NCBI GenBank assembly: GCA_018667355.1
Contig: JABIVC010000016.1
Span: 175,762 to 239,761 of the forward strand
Length of the DNA stretch: 64,000 bases
Source: Gammaproteobacteria bacterium
GTDB taxonomy: Bacteria > Pseudomonadota > Gammaproteobacteria > GCA-002705445 > GCA-002716945
Reading direction: 5' to 3'
A program made the position numbers and the translations under genes. Positions 58,222 to 64,000 of the stretch are shown here, one piece after another. Position 1 is the first letter of the stretch. Each line of letters begins with the position of its first letter. The notes beneath the pieces were generated by a model. That model did not search any database. It had not been told where the DNA came from and saw only the letters and a list, made by a program, of their open reading frames with translations.

Positions 58222-59185
58222 TACTCATTGATTTGGCTAATTTTATGGCTTCCATAAAACTTGATATATCAATATTTCCAGTTCCAACTAGATCTAAAGC
58301 AGTTCCATGATCAACTGATACTCTTATAATTGGCAAACCAAGTGTTACATTGACAGTCTTTTTGAAATTATTAAATTTTATAACTGGCAAACCTTGATCA
58401 TGATACATAGTTAGAATGATGTCATATTTTTCTATATTCTTCTTTAAAAAAGCAGTATCAGCAGGAATAGGTCCATCCACTTGAATTTTTTTCTTTTGCA
58501 ATTGCTTTATAGTTGGACTGATAATCTTATTATCTTGTGAACCTAGCATCCCATCTTCACCAGCATGTGGATTTAAGCCTGTTACTAATATCTTTGGATT
58601 TTTAATATTAAATTTATTTTTTAAATCTTTGTTGATTATAGTTATAGTTTCTATGAGGGATTTTTTCGTAATATAATCCTTCACAGATTCAAGTGGTACA
58701 TGCATAGTATGTAAGGCAACTTTCATATATGGATTCATCAACATCATTACAGACTTCTTTTTACAAATATCTGCTAGAAATTCAGTATGTCCAGTAATTT
58801 TATATCCTCCATTATTAAGAACTGATTTGCTTATAGGGCCTGTAACCATGGCTGCTGCTTTACCAGATATGCATAGCTCCGCTGCTGTTTTTATAGTGCT
58901 TATTACATATTCTGAGTTGTTTGGGTTAAGCTTACCCGGAGTATTTTTGGTATTCAGTTTAATTGGCAATACATTGATAACTTTATTACCCGATAAGGCT
59001 TTTGAAGAGATATTTTGAAGAATATTAACTTTAATAGTTTTTTTTAACTTCTTTGCGCTGTCTTTTAATAAACTAGGGTCCGCTAAGAATATTATTCTTT
59101 TACCAAGATTCTTTTGAGCTAACAATACTCCTAGATCTGGTCCAATACCCGCAGGGTCACCTAGTGTTACAGCAATTATATTCAA
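58208..59185 (-). CDS. pdxA: 4-hydroxythreonine-4-phosphate dehydrogenase
   Basis: IAVTLGDPAGIGPD N-terminus, TGHTE and VDHGTA motifs. Confidence 0.9.
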   Translation of the reverse strand: MNIIAVTLGDPAGIGPDLGVLLAQKNLGKRIIFLADPSLLKDSAKKLKKTIKVNILQNISSKALSGNKVINVLPIKLNTKNTPGKLNPNNSEYVISTIKTAAELCISGKAAAMVTGPISKSVLNNGGYKITGHTEFLADICKKKSVMMLMNPYMKVALHTMHVPLESVKDYITKKSLIETITIINKDLKNKFNIKNPKILVTGLNPHAGEDGMLGSQDNKIISPTIKQLQKKKIQVDGPIPADTAFLKKNIEKYDIILTMYHDQGLPVIKFNNFKKTVNVTLGLPIIRVSVDHGTALDLVGTGNIDISSFMEAIKLAKSMSNAKT

Positions 59186-59186
59186 T

Positions 59187-60443
59187 TTAAAATCCTTTCA
59201 TTTCAATATATGCTTGGTCTTTCAGTTTAGCAACCCAATCATCACGCTCACGCTTTGCTTTATCTATCCTAATTGCATTTGCTATATTAGTCCTCACAAT
59301 CTTATTAGTATCATCAACCGACCGTATATTTTCGATATATAAAATATGCCAGCCAAATCTACTTTGAAAAGGATCACTTATTTTTTTAATTGGAGTGTTT
59401 TCCATTTTACTTGCAAATGCAGGCACTAATGATTTAGTTCTTACATAACCTAAGTCACCTCCTTTAAAACCAGATGCCTTATCATCAGAATATTTTTTAG
59501 CAAAAATTGCAAAATCTTCGATATTTTTAATATCATTTCTCATTTTAGTTAATCTATCACGTATAGCATTATCAGATGACATTACATCAGTTTTTAGTAA
59601 AATATGCCGGACTTTATATTCATTAACAAATGATGACGATTTATTTCTTGATTCTAGTACTTTTAAAACATGATAACCTTTAGAACTGATAATCATATCT
59701 GTATAATTATCATCAGTCATATCATGAATTGCCTTTATGAATATGTTTGGCAGCTTGTCATGCGAAGAAACCCCCAAGGTTTTTATGTTTATAGAAATAT
59801 TTGGGTATTTACTTTTTGTATTAAGAAAACCTTGTTCTTTAATATCATCATATATTTTATCTATATCATCCTGAGCTAGTAATTTTTCTTCATCAATAAT
59901 CACGAACTCAATCAAATCATATTCAAAATTACCATATTGATTAATCCTTTCTCTTTCAATAAAATTCTCAATTTCTTCTTCTGTTACACTCATTCTAGAA
60001 TAAAACTGAGATACAAAAAGAGTTTCAACCGTCATTTGATTCTTTATATCTTGGATAAATTTTGTATAGTCTTGACCTTCTTTGATGATATTATTTCTCA
60101 ATTCATTTATTGTCATTTTTTTTGACCTGGCAAGATCTGAAAGTTTATTTTCTAGTGCTATATCAGAAATCTTAATCCCAAATCTATCAGCTGCTTGAAT
60201 TAATAGACTTGTTTCAATTAAATTGCTCAATACTTTCTTAACTACTTCTTTATCGCTGAGGCCAATATATTCTCTCTCAATAACTTCTGGAGAAAGATAG
60301 TCAATTGCAAGCTGTACCTCTGATTTTAATATAATTCTATCATTCACAACCGCCATTATCTTATCATCATAATTTTCTGCAATTGCAAAATGTGACGAAC
60401 TATAAAATATTGTTATTAATATAAATTTAAGTATCTTGTCCAT
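59187..60443 (-). CDS. surA: Periplasmic chaperone / peptidyl-prolyl isomerase SurA
   Basis: Signal peptide, N-terminal SurA chaperone domain and a parvulin-type PPIase domain (RHILLK...GGDLGY...GWHIL). Confidence 0.85.
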   Translation of the reverse strand: MDKILKFILITIFYSSSHFAIAENYDDKIMAVVNDRIILKSEVQLAIDYLSPEVIEREYIGLSDKEVVKKVLSNLIETSLLIQAADRFGIKISDIALENKLSDLARSKKMTINELRNNIIKEGQDYTKFIQDIKNQMTVETLFVSQFYSRMSVTEEEIENFIERERINQYGNFEYDLIEFVIIDEEKLLAQDDIDKIYDDIKEQGFLNTKSKYPNISINIKTLGVSSHDKLPNIFIKAIHDMTDDNYTDMIISSKGYHVLKVLESRNKSSSFVNEYKVRHILLKTDVMSSDNAIRDRLTKMRNDIKNIEDFAIFAKKYSDDKASGFKGGDLGYVRTKSLVPAFASKMENTPIKKISDPFQSRFGWHILYIENIRSVDDTNKIVRTNIANAIRIDKAKRERDDWVAKLKDQAYIEMKGF

Positions 60444-60446
60444 AAT

Positions 60447-63179
60447 CTAGTAATCAAACTTGTCTTGATATCCAAGTATTCCTTGTCTCAGCAGTTCCGA
60501 AGTTTTATTTGTTGAGGTAGCGATACCTTTTGGTAGAAATTCAAAATAAAATGCATTGTCTGTTTTAGTACCATTCCAGTAATCGCGTATAACAAATTTA
60601 ATTCCATAACAGCAACTTTCATATTCCACACCAAACATTTTTTCTAAAGTATCTTCCTTTTTACTTCTTCTATTATTAAACGAATAATTAATTTTTCCTA
60701 CAAGTGATAATCTATTATTAATTGGGAAAACGCCTGAGAAATCTACTTCTTCTTGAGTACCTCTAGAAAACCTATAGCTAGTATTGAAGATTTGATTCTG
60801 TTTACCATAAGGCCGTTTATAAGATAGCCTTATTTGGTTTTTTTCACCATATCCTTTATGAGGATTATACTCTGTATAACCACTTAATCTCCAGTAATCT
60901 GAGAATCTTGCATTAACTAAACCCATTATATTAGATGAGTCTGAATGATCTGTTTCACTTCCAGAAATATTTACTGTTCGATCATCTAAGTAGAATATTT
61001 GTCCTATAGTAGCACGCAGTATTTCATTCCCGCTTTTAGTATCTATCATGCTTGAACTTAGTGCCAAAGTAAGTTGCTTTGCATCATTTAACCTATCCTC
61101 GCCATAGAATTTATTTTCTGAAAACAGATTATATTTTAAATCATTCTCTCCTGCATCAAAAATGGGTATGGCATCTTGGTTCGAAGCAGGGATATACAAG
61201 AAAAACATTTCTGGTTCTAAAGTTTGGAGTATACTTTTACCTGTCATCTTGTCAAAAATCATTTTACCTCTAAGACTCATAATTGGAGTTGTCTGGCTAA
61301 TACTGCCAGTGTCACTTTTATCCAAGCTATAGCTCCTATGCTTGAAACCTAGTTTAGGCCTTAGTTCCCACCCTGGTCTTTTAAAAGGATACTCTATGGA
61401 TGGATATAAGCTTATTCTTGTTCCATCAGCCTTACTATCGTAAGTATGGGTGAAGATGGATACCTCTCCACCTAACTTATATAATAATTCTTCATTTTTC
61501 TCATGAGTACTAAAATTAACCCTAACTCTAGGTAAAACGCTATACTGTTCAACTAAGTCTGTTTTAGCTAGCTGATAATCCGTTGCTTTAACAGAAGTTT
61601 TTAGAATACCAAATGAACCATAATCTATTCTATTAATTTCTGCATTTCTTTTAATATGAGTTCTTCCAACCCTAGAAACAGTATTACCAAAATCATCAAA
61701 GTAGGTCAGATCTGATATTCCACCGACATTGATACTTGAAGAAACGAGTGTTCCTTCCCAGACCCCTTTATTTTTAAGTTTTAAAGTATTTGAGAATGTT
61801 CTGCTATCTCTGAAGAAGTAAGCATGTCTATTCTTTCCAGTGATATCATCCTTATCCATATTAGCTACTTCAAACTCTGTATCACTATTTTTAGTTTTAT
61901 ATCGTATCTCTGCTTCAAACATTTGCCCTCTACCAGAAAAATTTGTTGGGGTAATAGTAGCATCCATATTATCAGCAATATTAAAATAGTAAGGAGCTGA
62001 GATAACTGTACCACTTTCACCAGAACTACCTATAGTTGGAAACAAAAACCCGCTATGCCTATCTTTACTTAAAGGAAAACTAAAAAAAGGAGAGTATAGA
62101 ATAGGAACATCTTTATATTTTAAAAATATATTATAAGAATGACCACGATCGATGTCGCGGTACAAGATTGTTTTTGAAGAAGTTATCTCCCAATCAGGAT
62201 CATTCAATCCGCATGTGGTATAACTGCTTGGATTAAGATATACGATTCCCGAGTCATCTATAAATATATTTTCTGCTTCACCCCTTCCTGGCCTCTCTTG
62301 AGAAGGAAAATGATAGGTGGTTCCTGAAAAATTAACAGTATCATTCTGGCTATTATAACCACCCTTATTAGCATACAAGGATAAATCTTCAGTGAGGTAT
62401 TTAACATTACCTTCTGCAGCTAGTACTCCTGTATCAGCGTTAAATTGTGCTTTATCAGCTTTAATTAAGTCATTAGCTCTTTCAATTTCAACATTACCAT
62501 CAGCATAAAAAATTCCTGCTTCATCTTGATTCTGTCCGTCTGATCTAACTTCAAGAGTTTCTTCATCAGCATTAAATAAAGTTTTCTGGGTTATATAACT
62601 CTCAAACTCATCATCTATACATACTGGTAATTTATTTTTTAGAGTTGCAGTAAGATAGTCGTCTCTCTTTGCAATAACTATTTCTTGATATATATTATTT
62701 TCCTCTAACATTTCTTTTTTCACTGGTGCATCTTGGTAAGAGTTGTCAATATCAGCGCCCATTTTTTTAATGAGTTTATGCTGATCATATATTTCGGCAA
62801 CTTTTTCATTTTTAAAAAAGACAGTGATTCTTTTTGGCTTAGAAAACACGCCATCATCTCTATCGTAATATATATAATCCCAGCGTTCCGTATGAAAAGT
62901 ATCAATGATTGTTGGAGTCCCTAACAAAAACATTACTTGTTCTTTATCTAAACCAGGAGTGAGTTTCTTGAGATTTTTATCATCTATTAGAACTCCTTGT
63001 TTAATAGGTGTTTTATAAGGTTTTGGAAACCAGTCAGGACCAGATTCTAAGAAATCCAAAATCTCTTCATCTGGAATTGAAATATTTGGGATAATTGCTG
63101 CATTAACATTATTTGTGATAATGCATAAGATAACAGCCGCAACTATATTATTTGTTTTTTTCAGAAACTCGTTTTCCAT
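60447..63179 (-). CDS. lptD: LPS-assembly outer-membrane protein LptD
   Basis: 910 aa. Signal peptide, N-terminal OstA-like domain, large C-terminal beta-barrel. Conserved lptD-surA-pdxA-rsmA order. Confidence 0.85.
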   Translation of the reverse strand: MENEFLKKTNNIVAAVILCIITNNVNAAIIPNISIPDEEILDFLESGPDWFPKPYKTPIKQGVLIDDKNLKKLTPGLDKEQVMFLLGTPTIIDTFHTERWDYIYYDRDDGVFSKPKRITVFFKNEKVAEIYDQHKLIKKMGADIDNSYQDAPVKKEMLEENNIYQEIVIAKRDDYLTATLKNKLPVCIDDEFESYITQKTLFNADEETLEVRSDGQNQDEAGIFYADGNVEIERANDLIKADKAQFNADTGVLAAEGNVKYLTEDLSLYANKGGYNSQNDTVNFSGTTYHFPSQERPGRGEAENIFIDDSGIVYLNPSSYTTCGLNDPDWEITSSKTILYRDIDRGHSYNIFLKYKDVPILYSPFFSFPLSKDRHSGFLFPTIGSSGESGTVISAPYYFNIADNMDATITPTNFSGRGQMFEAEIRYKTKNSDTEFEVANMDKDDITGKNRHAYFFRDSRTFSNTLKLKNKGVWEGTLVSSSINVGGISDLTYFDDFGNTVSRVGRTHIKRNAEINRIDYGSFGILKTSVKATDYQLAKTDLVEQYSVLPRVRVNFSTHEKNEELLYKLGGEVSIFTHTYDSKADGTRISLYPSIEYPFKRPGWELRPKLGFKHRSYSLDKSDTGSISQTTPIMSLRGKMIFDKMTGKSILQTLEPEMFFLYIPASNQDAIPIFDAGENDLKYNLFSENKFYGEDRLNDAKQLTLALSSSMIDTKSGNEILRATIGQIFYLDDRTVNISGSETDHSDSSNIMGLVNARFSDYWRLSGYTEYNPHKGYGEKNQIRLSYKRPYGKQNQIFNTSYRFSRGTQEEVDFSGVFPINNRLSLVGKINYSFNNRRSKKEDTLEKMFGVEYESCCYGIKFVIRDYWNGTKTDNAFYFEFLPKGIATSTNKTSELLRQGILGYQDKFDY

Positions 63180-63245
63180 GATATTCGTGATTATATCATG
63201 AAATCTGAGCTAAAATAGAGAGAGTTGGCAAGACTCCTACGATGA

Positions 63246-63896
63246 CTAAGATTTAACTATTTCTAATATTTTACTAGAAAGAATTGAAGGGTCATTACCA
63301 CCTATCATTTTATGTAATATACCTTTGCTCGCATAAAAATCTATAATTGGTGCAGTTTGCTCTTGATAAACATTAAGCCTATTTTTTACAGTTTCAGCTT
63401 TATCGTCTTCTCGTTGATATAGCTTTCCAGGCTCACAATTATCCCGTTCGCACTTATCTCCAACCTTTTCACCTCTATCCATGTTACCTATATAATCACA
63501 CGTTGTGCATAATAATCGGCCTGTACATCTCTCAATAAGCGTTTCAAAAGGAACATCAATTAAAAAAACATATTCAAGGTTGATATTTTTTTCTATAAAT
63601 AATGAATCGAGACTTTTTGCTTGGGAAATATTTCTAGGATAACCATCAAGTATAAAACCTTCCTTGCACTCATCTTGCCCAAGTTTCTTAGAAACCAAAG
63701 ATAAAACTAAATCATCGCTTACAAATTTTCCTGTAGACATTATATCTTGAATTTCCTTACCAAGATTAGAACCACCTTTAATTTCTTCTCTCAATAAATC
63801 TCCTGTAGATATTTGAGGTATTCCAAATTCTTTTATAATAATTTTTGACTGCGTACCTTTGCCACAACCCGGTGCTCCTAAAAACAATATATTCAT
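63246..63896 (-). CDS. adk: Adenylate kinase (zinc-binding LID type)
   Basis: MNILFLGAPGCGKGTQ P-loop, plus LID Cys cluster C..C...C..C (CTTCDY...CERDNC). Confidence 0.95.
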   Translation of the reverse strand: MNILFLGAPGCGKGTQSKIIIKEFGIPQISTGDLLREEIKGGSNLGKEIQDIMSTGKFVSDDLVLSLVSKKLGQDECKEGFILDGYPRNISQAKSLDSLFIEKNINLEYVFLIDVPFETLIERCTGRLLCTTCDYIGNMDRGEKVGDKCERDNCEPGKLYQREDDKAETVKNRLNVYQEQTAPIIDFYASKGILHKMIGGNDPSILSSKILEIVKS

Positions 63897-63908
63897 AACT
63901 TTCTCCTT

Positions 63909-64000
63909 CTATAGTAATGGTGCAATTACTAAACTAACAATTGCCATAACATTGATTAATATATTCATTGACGGTCCTGATGTGTCTTTTAAAGGATCAC
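63909..64000 (-). CDS. C-terminal fragment of an upstream minus-strand gene (hydrophobic C-terminus); continues beyond window end
   Basis: Reverse frame ends ...MNILINVMAIVSLVIAPLL* at 63909. Only 30 codons are visible. Confidence 0.3.
   Translation of the reverse strand, partial: DPLKDTSGPSMNILINVMAIVSLVIAPLL

Noticed and set aside
1-64000. Scan for tRNA/rRNA genes, IS elements/transposases and integrases
   Set aside because: No T-arm (GTTCGAATC-like) consensus or cloverleaf candidates, no rRNA, and no transposase/integrase-like ORFs were found by eye. The accessory-looking 18-24 kb region has the same AT-rich composition as its surroundings, so there is no evidence of recent horizontal transfer.

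Overview
Read as a 64 kb chromosomal segment, AT-rich (roughly one-third GC by eye), from a gammaproteobacterial sulfur oxidizer. The gene content resembles SUP05/Thioglobus/Ruthia-type genomes, but that is inference from content only. The centre of the window (24.3-36.6 kb) is a complete reverse-type dissimilatory sulfite reductase locus, dsrABEFHCMKLJOPN plus an IscA-like dsrR, with no dsrS detected. Most of the rest is conserved housekeeping: DEAD-box helicase, typA, an ABC-F ATPase, tadA, grxC, cysG, the rpsT/murJ/ribF/ileS/lspA/fkpB/ispH block, rplU-rpmA-obg-proB, ispB, amt, rpmE2, and the lptD-surA-pdxA-rsmA block with adk. There is also an iron-uptake module (exbD-exbD-tonB, a TonB-dependent receptor with a Fur-box-like site, and a separate exbB). 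The most unusual region is 18.2-24.2 kb, immediately upstream of and divergent from dsrA. It holds two tightly coupled minus-strand operons. Each combines (i) a DsrC/TusE-family paralog missing one or both reactive cysteines, (ii) an Fe(II)/2-oxoglutarate-dependent dioxygenase (TauD/TfdA-like in one, P4H-like in the other), and (iii) a protein whose fold family binds nucleic acid. In one operon the third component has a Cas6e-like C-terminal glycine-rich loop but no CRISPR array or other cas genes; in the other it is a TrpD2/YbiB-like degenerate phosphoribosyltransferase fold, joined by a Rieske ferredoxin and a DUF4396-like membrane protein. I propose this as a candidate uncharacterised sulfur-relay-linked modification system. 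Other second-look items are listed in the findings, including: a lipid-hydroxylase locus with an AlkB-like enzyme; a truncated catalytically degenerate pyruvate-kinase-barrel protein; a 54-bp coding tandem repeat in the helicase tail; an orphan UmuD-like S24 peptidase; and a dihydroorotase-like protein with QxH in place of HxH. No tRNA, rRNA, CRISPR array or obvious IS/transposase was found.
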